From IMG/VR virus record IMGVR_UViG_2778261540_000003: a DNA stretch of 64,000 nt. One strand, 5' to 3'. Position numbers and translations under genes: made by a program. A model generated the notes under the pieces. It ran no database searches and had not been told where the DNA came from. It was given only the letters and a program-made list of their open reading frames with translations. Within the stretch, counting starts at the first letter, position 1. The number at the start of each line of letters is the position of its first letter. This document shows, one piece after another, positions 12,469 through 22,296 of this stretch. This DNA is from a virus. Its lineage: Duplodnaviria > Heunggongvirae > Uroviricota > Caudoviricetes.

Positions 12469-13142
12469 TGGCACCCACAATTTATCACCGTATCGACGGT
12501 ACCAAATACAGGAATGTCTGGGTTGTTGGTGATCTGCATGGTTGCTACACCAGACTGATGTCCGAACTCCATCGTGTGGATTTTGACCCGGCGCAGGATT
12601 TACTGATATCGGTCGGCGACCTTATCGATCGCGGTACTGAAAATGTCGAATGTCTGGAACTATTGCAGATGCCCTGGTTCAGGGCAGTGATGGGGAACCA
12701 TGAGCGGCTGATGATTGATGCGTTAAGTCCAGATGGCAACGTGAATAACTGGCTAATGAATGGCGGACAATGGTTCTTCATGCTGGACACTGATCAGGAA
12801 ATATTAGCCTGGGCGCTGGTGGAGCTGGTAAAGCGTCTGCCCTATATCATTGAGTTGAACACGGGGCAAGAAACTATCGTTATAGCCCATGCCGACTATC
12901 CGGATAATGAATACCAATTCGGTAAGGAGGTGCCGCTTTTCAACGTTGTCTGGGCGCGCGAGCGTATCAGTGATTCGATGGATGATATTGGTGGCGAAAT
13001 TTCGGGCGCAGATCGTTTTATCTTTGGTCACACTCCGGTGAAAAGCCCGAAGACATTCTGGAATCAGCAGTATATCGACACTGGTGCCGTATTTTGCGGA
13101 AACCTGACATTGATGAAAGTGAAAGGTGATGGTGCAGCATGA
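12450..13142 (+). CDS. ppp: Ser/Thr protein phosphatase, lambda-PPase/metallophosphoesterase family (P1 Ppp)
   Basis: GDLHG, GDLIDRG and GNHE motifs in canonical order. Confidence 0.85.
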
Positions 13143-13840
13143 AGATTGCTTTAGTTTTTCGCTCTGGTGGTGACTATAACGCTTCCGATGTGCAGTGGCT
13201 GGTTAATCAACTGCCAAAAGGCTATGAAATTATTTGCCTGACAGACCTGAAGCGTTTACATGTACCTGGCGTCAAAGTTGTCCCATTGATCAACCAGTGG
13301 CAAAAGTGCCGTGGCTGGTGGGCGAAAATCGAGTTGTTCCGACCGGATATAACCGATGATCTGTTCTATCTGGATTTGGACACGGTTATTGCCGGTGATA
13401 TACGCCCAATCCTAGAGCATCCACCAACCAGCTTCACCATGCTTAGGGATTTTTACCATCCACAATATCGTGGCAGCGGTGCCCTGTGGATACCAAATAG
13501 TGTTAAAGCGCATATCTGGAGTTCATTCTGGCAAGATCCGGAAGGTTGGATTTCTCGTTGTGTCACTACTGAGTGCTGGGGTGACCAGGGGTTCTTACGA
13601 AAGGTTATGGGCGATGATACACCAGCATTTCAGGATCTGTATCCAGGATGGTTTGTAAGTTACAAGGCCGATGTTGTGGAACCTGGTTCAAAATATGCGA
13701 GCGCGCGTTACTCCAGGGGGAATGGGGCATTACCAAAAGACTGCCGAATAATCTTTTTCCACGGCAAACCGCGACCTCGCGAAGTGTCAGAGGATTGGCT
13801 TCCCCTTATCAGCTCATTTTTTGAGCGAGAATCAGAATAA
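13139..13840 (+). CDS. Hypothetical protein with DxD-like motif (possible nucleotide-sugar transferase)
   Basis: 233 aa; [11 protein letters not shown]; start overlaps ppp stop. Confidence 0.55.
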   Translation: MKIALVFRSGGDYNASDVQWLVNQLPKGYEIICLTDLKRLHVPGVKVVPLINQWQKCRGWWAKIELFRPDITDDLFYLDLDTVIAGDIRPILEHPPTSFTMLRDFYHPQYRGSGALWIPNSVKAHIWSSFWQDPEGWISRCVTTECWGDQGFLRKVMGDDTPAFQDLYPGWFVSYKADVVEPGSKYASARYSRGNGALPKDCRIIFFHGKPRPREVSEDWLPLISSFFERESE

Positions 13841-13841
13841 T

Positions 13842-13858
13842 ATTGCTCTAATAATTCC
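13842..13858 (+). promoter_or_regulatory. C1 repressor operator
   Basis: ATTGCTCTAATAATTCC; approximate coordinates. Confidence 0.6.
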
Positions 13859-13866
13859 ATATTTTT

Positions 13867-13897
13867 AAAACGTGATGTACACTCATCACGTTTTTTA
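13867..13897. terminator. Hairpin terminator bracketed by two inverted C1 operators
   Basis: stem acgtgatg / catcacgt, 6-nt loop, followed by T6. Confidence 0.55.
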
Positions 13898-13907
13898 TTA
13901 GAGCAAT
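13891..13907 (-). promoter_or_regulatory. C1 repressor operator (inverted orientation)
   Basis: reverse complement ATTGCTCTAATAAAAAA. Confidence 0.55.
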
Positions 13908-14141
13908 CTACAAGGTGCACTATGTGGCCATTCCGACGGAAATATCACTACTGGCTGATCGCCTTTGTTACGCCGACCGGCGGTATCAGGCATGTCATCA
14001 CCAGGTATCGCAACAAGAGACTCACCTTAGCCAGAATTTTACAGGCTGCCATAGGTGAGGGACTGGATACAAATTGCGTAGTCCTTCCTCCTTCATACTT
14101 AGGAAAAATGACCGAAGCACAAGCTAATACGGAACTTTGAA

Positions 14142-15404
14142 ATGAGCACTTCAGCACAAAACCAATCAATCGAAAATGTATCTATCCCTGATGTCCTGAA
14201 TGCCGGTATCCCGGCCATTATCCAGAACATCCGGGCCGCGCAACGCCGCGTTAGTTGTGATGACCTCACAGCACGTTTTTTTGATAATGCGGTTCAGTCA
14301 GCGGAGATGCTTCACGCACAGCTTATTGATGTTTATAACGCAGAAGCTGATAGCCATAACTCCCTGGTAGATGCAGCTGAAAATATGCAGTTGGATCTCG
14401 GTCTGAAGGGTAAAGAAATTGAAGAGCTTCAGCTGCAAATTGAACATTTGAAACGCCAGCAACAGGACGCGATCGACGATGCGACGCATGACGCCAACCA
14501 GCGTGCTGATAATGCCGAACGTATAAGCATTGAGCTGGAAACAAAACTCAATGAAATGACCGCGATGGTTGAACTGCGGAACTCACAGATTTCAACGCTA
14601 AAATCTCAATATAAAGAGATCATGAAACTTGATCCTTTTAACCTTGAGAAACGCTATAACAAAGCTAAAAGCGAGCGACAGGAACTGCGTAAGCAGGTCG
14701 CCGACCTTAACCAACAGCTCAAAAAAACTATTAAAGATGCAAGCGAAGCGCGCGTGGCATTTGCTAATAAAAAAGCAGAGGTTACCGCGCTGGTTAATGA
14801 GAATGCCAAATTTGCGACGCTCAAGAAGGAAATGTATGGCATTACTGAGCGCCGTTTCCCTGCAAGCAAACTTCATCCGACGTTAGGGCAAATCTCCTTC
14901 TTCCCGCGCCTCCTGGCTTATGGGATCTCATCGCCTAAAGAGTTCAATAACGAGCGTCCTTATATCGTTTCTAAGCTGGACTTTGCTTATCAGTTCTGCT
15001 GCGACATGGGCTATGCCATTGATATCCGAATCAACGAATGGTTGATGCCAAACTTCCAGCCGCTGGCCATTTTCCGCGAGTTCCAGCCGGAAGGTTGGGT
15101 AGAGTTCTTCCATGAATTGATCTGTAAAGAGATGGAAAGCCGCCGCCCGGAACTGGTCCGCCGTGTCGAGTGGGCGCAAGAGGTTATGTTGGCAGATGCA
15201 GAGCTGCCGTTCGAACCGGAATTTATTGATGATCTGGCAACTAAAGGGCTGCATACCCTGTTTGATGTGGTTACCCGCCGTCATGAGCAGTTGGTTGTCG
15301 AATTGGGTTTAGAGGAAACAGCGGCAAGAAGACTTCTCGATGTTTGCTATGCACGTAGCGATGCATGGGAAAAAGAGAACGGCGGCACTATTTACGTTCG
15401 CTGA
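14142..15404 (+). CDS. Hypothetical protein with N-terminal coiled coil
   Basis: 420-aa ORF preceded by operators and terminator. Confidence 0.6.
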   Translation: MSTSAQNQSIENVSIPDVLNAGIPAIIQNIRAAQRRVSCDDLTARFFDNAVQSAEMLHAQLIDVYNAEADSHNSLVDAAENMQLDLGLKGKEIEELQLQIEHLKRQQQDAIDDATHDANQRADNAERISIELETKLNEMTAMVELRNSQISTLKSQYKEIMKLDPFNLEKRYNKAKSERQELRKQVADLNQQLKKTIKDASEARVAFANKKAEVTALVNENAKFATLKKEMYGITERRFPASKLHPTLGQISFFPRLLAYGISSPKEFNNERPYIVSKLDFAYQFCCDMGYAIDIRINEWLMPNFQPLAIFREFQPEGWVEFFHELICKEMESRRPELVRRVEWAQEVMLADAELPFEPEFIDDLATKGLHTLFDVVTRRHEQLVVELGLEETAARRLLDVCYARSDAWEKENGGTIYVR

Positions 15405-15476
15405 CAGTTACAGTGTCACTTTTAATGCTGGTGGAGTGCGCCCACCAGCATTTTTTTCGTCCAATGAGGAGGGCAT

Positions 15477-15983
15477 TTGAGTATTTTCAATAAACACGCA
15501 CACCAGGAACGTCCGTATATCGTCATAGTTGATATTGATGGAACAATATCAGAGGCAACTGAAGACAGACTGCATTTGCTTCCGCCACCAGGTAAAGGTG
15601 CATTAACAAAGGACTGGAACGAGTTTAATCTCGCCTGTGACACCGATACTCCCATCACTCCAGTTATTGATATGGTGCGCCAGTTATTTAACGTTTACAC
15701 GGTCTGGTTTGTAACCGGGCGCTGTGAGATCGCAAGGGATAAAACACTAGCCTGGCTGCGGAAGTACGTAACAAACGGGGCTGAGCCTTTGCTATCTATG
15801 CGTCCTGCCACCGATGACAGAAATGACGGCCCAGCAAAGATTGATCTCCTTAAGAAAATTGGTCTAAGTAAAATCGCGTTCGCGCTGGAAGATAAGATTG
15901 AAGTGGCGCGTGTTTTCAGGAGGCACGGCGTGCTTACGTTAATGGTCAGGGAGTATGAAAACGCGCTTCTCCATCAACAATGA
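15477..15983 (+). CDS. HAD-superfamily phosphatase-like protein
   Basis: 168 aa; DxDGT-type motif VDIDGTI near N-terminus. Confidence 0.55.
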   Translation: MSIFNKHAHQERPYIVIVDIDGTISEATEDRLHLLPPPGKGALTKDWNEFNLACDTDTPITPVIDMVRQLFNVYTVWFVTGRCEIARDKTLAWLRKYVTNGAEPLLSMRPATDDRNDGPAKIDLLKKIGLSKIAFALEDKIEVARVFRRHGVLTLMVREYENALLHQQ

Positions 15984-15999
15984 TTGCTCTAATAAATAT
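15983..15999 (+). promoter_or_regulatory. C1 repressor operator
   Basis: ATTGCTCTAATAAATAT overlapping the stop codon of the preceding gene. Confidence 0.6.
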
Positions 16000-16177
16000 T
16001 GATTTTTAAAACAGAGAAAGTGAAAATAAAAACATGCCGCAAGGCGCGGCATGTATCCAATCAATCACAGGAGCTGAAAATATGAACACGGCATTCAAAA
16101 TCATTATGGCCGCGATCTATTTCTGGCTGTTCTCTATCACTTTTGGCGGCATCGTCGCACATGGGTAAGGGGGATGC

Positions 16178-16759
16178 ATGAAAGGCGAAGTGAAAGAGCG
16201 CGGCATGATTTTTAACGATGAGATGGTCCGGGCAATTCTTGGCGGGAATAAAACACAGACTCGCAGGATTGTTGAAGAAAAATTCTATGGACGGGCAGTG
16301 GCCGCAGAGTTGCTTGCCAAGCATTGTCCATATGGTCAACCGGGCGATCGTATTTGGGTTCGCGAAACCTACCGGGTACATGGCAAAGCGACGGACGTCG
16401 CAACGCTGGTTTATCGCGCAAGCGTGCGTAACTCCTGGACAGAACAAACGCACCGGGTTCCGGTCGAGGTTTGTAATAAACCAGTATCAGAAAAGTGGAC
16501 GCCATCAATTCACATGCCGCGCTGGGCATCGCGCATTCTTCTGGAAATTACCAACGTGCGCGTTGAGCGGTTGAACGATATCAGCGAATGCGATGCAAGG
16601 GCTGAGGGCGCACCAACAGAATCGACCCTCATTGGCGATAAGCATTACCCAGGTTTCCGTAGCCTATGGAAATCAATTTATGGCGAAGATAGTTGGAACG
16701 CTAATCCTTGGGTGTGGGTAATAGAGTTTGAGCGTATTCAGGGGGCAACCAGTGAGTGA
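16178..16759 (+). CDS. ASCH/PUA-like domain protein (tentative)
   Basis: 193 aa; N-terminal FNDEMVRAILGGNKTQTRR pattern. Confidence 0.5.
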   Translation: MKGEVKERGMIFNDEMVRAILGGNKTQTRRIVEEKFYGRAVAAELLAKHCPYGQPGDRIWVRETYRVHGKATDVATLVYRASVRNSWTEQTHRVPVEVCNKPVSEKWTPSIHMPRWASRILLEITNVRVERLNDISECDARAEGAPTESTLIGDKHYPGFRSLWKSIYGEDSWNANPWVWVIEFERIQGATSE

Positions 16760-17012
16760 GTCAAAATGCCAAATTAATGGCAACAAGATAGAACCGTGCG
16801 CGGCGTTGGCACAATCCCTGGAGCATGACGCTGAATACACGACGCGAAAAGGTCTGCTGAAATACAAAATCTATAACCATGAATTAATTCATTCACAAGA
16901 CCTGATCATGCTGCGGTCTGGTGAATTTTCTAAATCGCCTATTCGAGTTTCATTTTGCCCGTTCTGTGGTGAAAGTCTGAAAACGTGGGAAGCGGAGGCA
17001 ACCAGTGAATAA
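16728..17012 (+). CDS. Small Cys-containing protein (possible zinc ribbon)
   Basis: C-x10-C and CPFC motifs; probable start at in-frame GTG near 16752. Confidence 0.35.
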   Translation: MSVFRGQPVSESKCQINGNKIEPCAALAQSLEHDAEYTTRKGLLKYKIYNHELIHSQDLIMLRSGEFSKSPIRVSFCPFCGESLKTWEAEATSE

Positions 17013-17649
17013 CCGCTTTTACATGATGTGCTTGCGTGAAACTGTGGGTAATAACGCCTCATTCCATTGCCATAACGGCAATGGTTACAGTTCTGATATC
17101 GATCGCGCTCATGTTTACACGCTGGAAGAAGCCCAAAAAGCCTGGAATTGTGGACGAGATATCGATCAGCCTGTTTGCGCTGATAGCGTGGATGCAATGG
17201 CTGTGTGGCACGTTGATTGCCAGTACATCCCCACAGAAAGCCTGATTGAGTCAGATTGCACTGCGTATGTGGCCTACAAAAAAGGTAGCTGGAACGGCAA
17301 CGATGTTTACTGGCTTCAACACGGTGGATTGCCAACAGATGACTTCAGTAAAGCGACCATCTTTAGCGTCGCCAACAAAAACGAACCAGGAATAGTTTGG
17401 TTGCCATTTTCCATTGCTGATGCAGCAAAGCGTCGGACGTTCAATATCAATAACTTTAACCGCAGAACAATGGTTCAGGGCGCAGGTTTGGTCATGCCTG
17501 ACTGGTTGAAAGAGCAGAACAGAAGAAAGAAGTCGCGAAGCGGGAAGGTGCGTTGGAATTGTCCGCATTGCGGAAAAATAACCTGGCAGTACAGCCCATA
17601 TGATTTTGAAGGCTGTAGTGATTACAACTGTGAAGGATGGCGAGAATGA
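17005..17649 (+). CDS. Hypothetical protein with C-terminal CPHCG..C..C cluster
   Basis: 214-aa ORF. Confidence 0.55.
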   Translation: MNNRFYMMCLRETVGNNASFHCHNGNGYSSDIDRAHVYTLEEAQKAWNCGRDIDQPVCADSVDAMAVWHVDCQYIPTESLIESDCTAYVAYKKGSWNGNDVYWLQHGGLPTDDFSKATIFSVANKNEPGIVWLPFSIADAAKRRTFNINNFNRRTMVQGAGLVMPDWLKEQNRRKKSRSGKVRWNCPHCGKITWQYSPYDFEGCSDYNCEGWRE

Positions 17650-18395
17650 CAATTGACTATCAGGCACTGCGTGAGGCGGCAGAGCGTGCAATTCCGGCAA
17701 TGGAACACCTGTTAATGTTGCCAGTTGATGATGATTTGTTAACTGAACAGGAACTTAAGGATTACGGTGTGGATATTGATGCGCTCAACGCCTTCAAATT
17801 TCTGACCGGACCAGAAACCGTGCTGGCACTACTGGATGAACGGGAAAGAAACCAGCAATACATAAAATGCCGCGACCAGGAGAACGAGGATATTGCGCTA
17901 ACGGTAGGGAAGCTGAGAGTTGAGCTTGAGGAAGTAAAACAACACGCTGAAGAATTATCCGAAACCAAGGCTGTTCGTAACCAATGGCGGCCAGATATTT
18001 GCCCAATAACCGGACGTGCATTTTTCATGTGGATTGAGCATCCAACATTGGGAAATGTGCCGACATATGGTGGCCCATTAGATAGTTACACCATTCCAAC
18101 AAAGGACGGTGACGGTGAGTTTTCATGTGAGCGTTACGATCATGATTTTGGCGGTTGGGTAGAAAGCGAATGTCTTGGGTTATATCTGATTGATGATAGA
18201 GAACAATGCAGGGTCTACGAACTGGAGGAACGCGTTAAGGAACTGGATGCTCGGGAAATATCGCTCCCGGAACGTAGCAGCATGCTTCATCGAACAGATT
18301 TTCACGATGATTACCAAACGGTAATGGCATACAAAGTTTCTGAAGTCATCGATGCAATCCGCGCCGCAGGCATTCGCATCAAAGGAGGTGAGTAA
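17637..18395 (+). CDS. Hypothetical protein
   Basis: 252-aa ORF, start overlaps previous stop. Confidence 0.6.
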   Translation: MARMTIDYQALREAAERAIPAMEHLLMLPVDDDLLTEQELKDYGVDIDALNAFKFLTGPETVLALLDERERNQQYIKCRDQENEDIALTVGKLRVELEEVKQHAEELSETKAVRNQWRPDICPITGRAFFMWIEHPTLGNVPTYGGPLDSYTIPTKDGDGEFSCERYDHDFGGWVESECLGLYLIDDREQCRVYELEERVKELDAREISLPERSSMLHRTDFHDDYQTVMAYKVSEVIDAIRAAGIRIKGGE

Positions 18396-18571
18396 TGCGT
18401 GTGGCATGTATCGGCTTGTTACCGTACCCGACTCGTTTTTGGGCTTCTGCGCTAATTGCAAAGCCGTATGTCCTGATGGCTGACAACATCATCCCGGCAC
18501 CAAAGCGCCGCCATACCGGTATTGCAGCGGCACGACGAGCAGCAAAGAGACGCAGGAGAGCAAAGCGATGA
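18395..18571 (+). CDS. Small basic protein (58 aa), first of three tandem small basic ORFs
   Basis: hand translation MRVACIGLL..RRAAKRRRRAKR; start overlaps previous stop (TAATG); below ORF-track size cutoff. Confidence 0.3.
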   Translation: MRVACIGLLPYPTRFWASALIAKPYVLMADNIIPAPKRRHTGIAAARRAAKRRRRAKR

Positions 18572-18744
18572 AAAACCGTAAGGCAAAACGACTTTTTTTA
18601 CAGCGACCTGTGCGTGTGGTGGAGCTGGTTATTAGCAACCATAAGATAGCGGTACTCCATCCATTTGGTCAGGTGGCTTTTGCCGCAAAGCGTAAGCCTA
18701 CTGCGTCACAGAACAGGCGGAAGAAAGGGTACGCTGTAAGATGA
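18568..18744 (+). CDS. Small basic protein (58 aa), paralog of the next ORF
   Basis: begins MKNRKAK like 18741 ORF; stop overlaps next start (ATGA). Confidence 0.35.
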   Translation: MKNRKAKRLFLQRPVRVVELVISNHKIAVLHPFGQVAFAAKRKPTASQNRRKKGYAVR

Positions 18745-18929
18745 AAAACCGTAAAGCAAAGATTCTGTTAGTTCGTAGAAACGCTCCTGGCGTCTGGCAG
18801 TGGGTGAGACTCAGCAACCGACGGATGGGGTTGATGAAATATTACGGGATGATGGATTGTGGTTTTTGCAAAAAGCCCAGCGCGGCGCAAAACCGCTGGA
18901 AAAACCACTTGCGCACTAAAGGAGAGTGA
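18741..18929 (+). CDS. Small basic protein (62 aa)
   Basis: begins MKNRKAKILLVRR; CGFC motif. Confidence 0.4.
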   Translation: MKNRKAKILLVRRNAPGVWQWVRLSNRRMGLMKYYGMMDCGFCKKPSAAQNRWKNHLRTKGE

Positions 18930-18930
18930 T

Positions 18931-19140
18931 ATGGCTATCGCTGCAAGTTACACCATGCATCTCTATTGTGATTGCCTCCAGTGTACAGATGGCAAATATA
19001 AGTCGCCAGACTTCGGTGAGTATATAGGTACGTCATGGGCTGGCTGTGCAAAAGAGGCGCGCAAGGATGGCTGGCGAATAAGCAAAGACAAAACGCGTGC
19101 TTTTGCGCCCGGGCATAAAGTTTTGAGGATTAACAAATGA
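18931..19140 (+). CDS. Small Cys-rich protein
   Basis: ATG preceded by aaaggagag RBS; CDCLQC..C motif; ORF track gives longer 18859 start. Confidence 0.4.
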   Translation: MAIAASYTMHLYCDCLQCTDGKYKSPDFGEYIGTSWAGCAKEARKDGWRISKDKTRAFAPGHKVLRINK

Positions 19141-20333
19141 CCACTATAACCAAAGAGCGACTGCTGACAATCAAGCAGTGGCGCGAAACATACGGACCGG
19201 GTAGCAACGTTGTACTGCCAGCAGAAGAAGCGGAAGAACTGGCACGGATTGCTCTGGCATCGCTGGAAGCAAAACCAATAGGTGCATTCCACATTGCAGA
19301 ACAGCAAGTTGACGGCACAAGTGACTACCTCAAGGATGGAGAATGGCCTATTGATAATGGAATTATTGAGGTCTACGCCGCTCCCCCCGTTCCAGTAGTA
19401 CCGGAAGAAAAACCAATGCCTAATCCTCTTAGCATGTACGCGGTTGATGCTGTTGCCGCTATTGCAGAGGTGAGAGGCTGGAACGCCTGCCGCGCCGCCA
19501 TGCTTCAGTCCGGAAACTTTCGGGAAAATAAGAATTCGTCAACCAATAATTTTCGGGAAATCGCGGAAACGTCAACCAACTATCCGGTAATTCCTAGTGA
19601 AGTGTTGTCCGCAATCCTGAAGGTTGCCAAGATTCGTGCCGATTTCGATGATTTTGACGGTGACAGGCGAGGTATCGGTGATTGTCTGGATGAGGCTGAG
19701 CAAGAGCTTATCGTTACCATTAACAAATATGCCAGTCAGTTGGCAGCAGAACCGATAGCGACTAATGACGTTCGAGAGCAAACAGCCGTTCCGCCAGTTC
19801 CTGTAATACAGGCTGATGTCGCGCAGGCAATTGAAAAACTCAAACGGAAATTAGTGGAATGCAATCGCTATAACTACTGCGCAGATGCAGTTAAGGGCGT
19901 TGAGTATGCCTGCCACGCTGCCATGCTTCAGGGTAGCCAACCTGTAAGCCAAACTTACAAGTTTCCAGTTAATACACCTTGCCAGGATGCGCCAGCCCAT
20001 ATCTGGCTGCAAACAGCTGGAGTATGGCCAGAAGATGGCGAGTTAAGCGAATTAACGTGGTGCAGCCACAATCAGCACCATGATGACACGCTATATGTTC
20101 GAGCTGACTTGGTAAATGGCAATTCTCAGGTAACTCCGGATGGTTGGATAAGCTGTAGTGAGCGAATGCCCGCTCAAGATGATTGGATTTTAATTTATTC
20201 AAAGCACGGTGAGTATATGGCAGGACAGGTGCAAGGGGAATACGTGGAGTTGAGCGACGGCACTTTATCCTGGTTAGGGAACGCCTTGTTCTGGATGCTG
20301 CTACCAGAACCTCCCCAGGAGGCAGGTCAATGA
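19137..20333 (+). CDS. Hypothetical protein with internal tandem repeat (NFRE..STN x2)
   Basis: 398-aa ORF; DNA-level direct repeat near 19500-19575. Confidence 0.6.
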   Translation: MTTITKERLLTIKQWRETYGPGSNVVLPAEEAEELARIALASLEAKPIGAFHIAEQQVDGTSDYLKDGEWPIDNGIIEVYAAPPVPVVPEEKPMPNPLSMYAVDAVAAIAEVRGWNACRAAMLQSGNFRENKNSSTNNFREIAETSTNYPVIPSEVLSAILKVAKIRADFDDFDGDRRGIGDCLDEAEQELIVTINKYASQLAAEPIATNDVREQTAVPPVPVIQADVAQAIEKLKRKLVECNRYNYCADAVKGVEYACHAAMLQGSQPVSQTYKFPVNTPCQDAPAHIWLQTAGVWPEDGELSELTWCSHNQHHDDTLYVRADLVNGNSQVTPDGWISCSERMPAQDDWILIYSKHGEYMAGQVQGEYVELSDGTLSWLGNALFWMLLPEPPQEAGQ

Positions 20334-20397
20334 GCTGGCCTGAAGCATTCGCAACGGTAGGAATTGTGATGGCGGCAGCACTGGGTTTGTATTCAAT

Positions 20398-20649
20398 TTG
20401 TCGCTGGTGGTAACGATGGGGAAATTAACTTTTGTAGTCGAATTTGAGGATGGTAAAGAGCCACCTGTTAGCGCCAATCTTGATGTTGCTGGTGGAAGGA
20501 TTGTTTCGGTTCTATTTGGTGACTACCGAGATGACTTCTTCCAACCAGAAGAAGTTGATGTGGTGCGAGAGGCATTAAACGAGTTAAGTGTTGACAACGA
20601 TGATGCTCATGCGGAAATCATCCAAAAAATGGAACTGCTAACTCACTAA
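20398..20649 (+). CDS. Hypothetical small acidic protein
   Basis: 83-aa ORF. Confidence 0.45.
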   Translation: MSLVVTMGKLTFVVEFEDGKEPPVSANLDVAGGRIVSVLFGDYRDDFFQPEEVDVVREALNELSVDNDDAHAEIIQKMELLTH

Positions 20650-20731
20650 ATTATCAATTATGGTGCTATAACCTACGACACCGAGAGAAAATTTATAATG
20701 TCAAAAGTAAATGTTTTGATTTTTTCAGCAA

Positions 20732-21121
20732 TTGTTGGCTTTGGTTTTACTGCCGGAGTGCAGATTTATATTACGTGGGAAAAAATCATCAACTACGCAT
20801 GGAGTTGTTTTATTAAGTGAGGTAAGTATGTGGAGAGGTAATAATCATGGCAAAAGCCAGATGATACTTACCGAATATAAGCTAGACCACAAAACCAATA
20901 AATCACGCTCAGTATATTTGCTCCGGCACAATAGTCGCGTAAGAAATACCGTGCTGGAACAAAATCTGACAGTTGAAATGGATAATTACGGGGGATTCAA
21001 GCCAACAATTTCACTTGATGATTTTCCTCGTGGTTTAAGCGAAAGAGAAGCAATGCTGAAATTAGCAGAATGGCTACAAAGATTAAGCATTGCTATTGAA
21101 GATAACTGGTCTGAACCTTAA
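20732..21121 (+). CDS. Hypothetical protein in AT-rich islet (likely true start near 20827, MWRGNNHG)
   Basis: ORF in markedly AT-rich DNA; preceded by a 40-codon hydrophobic micro-ORF near 20699..20821. Confidence 0.4.
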   Translation: MLALVLLPECRFILRGKKSSTTHGVVLLSEVSMWRGNNHGKSQMILTEYKLDHKTNKSRSVYLLRHNSRVRNTVLEQNLTVEMDNYGGFKPTISLDDFPRGLSEREAMLKLAEWLQRLSIAIEDNWSEP

Positions 21122-21127
21122 ATTTAT

Positions 21128-21502
21128 ATGATGACACTAAAACATTTTCTTGACCGCCCATTATGGGCGGCAGCCGCAGGCTATGACTTTAATTATATGG
21201 ATTGCATGTCTTATACTGCCAATGCATACGACCATTCGTTCAGCCTGCTGTTTAATTCTTTAAGAATATTGCCGGAAACAGAAGTTGGAGAGCTTCATTT
21301 ATGGCTATTGGGCTTTATCGCGGCTGTCGTTGGTATTGCTGTATGGCCTTTTATTTTCTGGCTGGTGGCTGTTGTAGTGTGGTTTAAGTGCAAGGCATAC
21401 CGGAAAAAGTATTTCTTAGGTGATGGAATGACTGATATTGCCAAAATGAACATTGAAAAATGGACTAAGGAATGTGAAAAGAAATGGCGCAAAAAGAAAT
21501 GA
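21128..21502 (+). CDS. Membrane protein
   Basis: 124 aa with hydrophobic segment LWLLGFIAAVVGIAVWPFIFWLVAVVVWF. Confidence 0.5.
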   Translation: MMTLKHFLDRPLWAAAAGYDFNYMDCMSYTANAYDHSFSLLFNSLRILPETEVGELHLWLLGFIAAVVGIAVWPFIFWLVAVVVWFKCKAYRKKYFLGDGMTDIAKMNIEKWTKECEKKWRKKK

Positions 21503-22257
21503 CAAGAATCACTAAAGAACGCATATCAGAGATTATCGCCCGTATCGAAATGTATGGTCACGGTGCTGGATATACGGCAGATGAAGTATTGGCACTTGCC
21601 CAAATGGCTTTGGCGGCTTGCAAAGATGATAAAAAAATGAAGCTTATCGACTTGTTAGTGAAGGAGCTGCCCAAGTGCGGCGGGTGGCCTGATGGTATGA
21701 TCGATTGTCGCCTGCTCAGTGCCAATTTAATGGCGCCATGCGCGACTTTTGCTTTTGGCTCGGACCACAAAAAAGACACTTTCTTTGGGCGCAATTTTTG
21801 TTGTGAGATTGAGCTTCCAATCGGTGACCTTGATAGCGATGAATACCAGTCAGTTGTCACTCGCGAACAATACGAAGCTGCTCTCATAGCGTCGCAGAAA
21901 GTCGAGTTCAATGGTGATGAACCTGAAAGTAAGGCTTACAAGTTAGATTTTGAGCAATGGCTGGAACAGCAACGCGGGAAAATCGATGTGGACTGCGGTT
22001 GTGTGTCTGCGGAAACATTCATGCACTGGTTGCGGGTAGCTTATGTGGCTGGCAACCATCCGGATTTTCCGGATAGTTCCCAACAATCGCCCAAGAAAAG
22101 CGTAAAAACCACTCTGGAAAGAGGCTATCTTGAGGCCGCATTAAAGATTAAGCCGGGCCATACGCTAGGCGTCATTGATGCCATGTTGGTTCATGAAATG
22201 GCGAAGGCTTTATTGCCGCTGGTGGCTGATAAAATTCCGAATAAGGCCGATATCTGA
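21484..22257 (+). CDS. Hypothetical protein
   Basis: 257-aa ORF. Confidence 0.6.
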   Translation: MAQKEMTRITKERISEIIARIEMYGHGAGYTADEVLALAQMALAACKDDKKMKLIDLLVKELPKCGGWPDGMIDCRLLSANLMAPCATFAFGSDHKKDTFFGRNFCCEIELPIGDLDSDEYQSVVTREQYEAALIASQKVEFNGDEPESKAYKLDFEQWLEQQRGKIDVDCGCVSAETFMHWLRVAYVAGNHPDFPDSSQQSPKKSVKTTLERGYLEAALKIKPGHTLGVIDAMLVHEMAKALLPLVADKIPNKADI

Positions 22258-22296
22258 TCACCATGCTAAAATCCCCTCAATTCACAGAGGGGATTT

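Noticed and set aside
18560-19580. Short direct repeats considered as a possible CRISPR-like or iteron array
   Set aside because: The repeats are only two copies each, have no regular spacer structure, and sit inside coding sequence where they produce protein-level duplications
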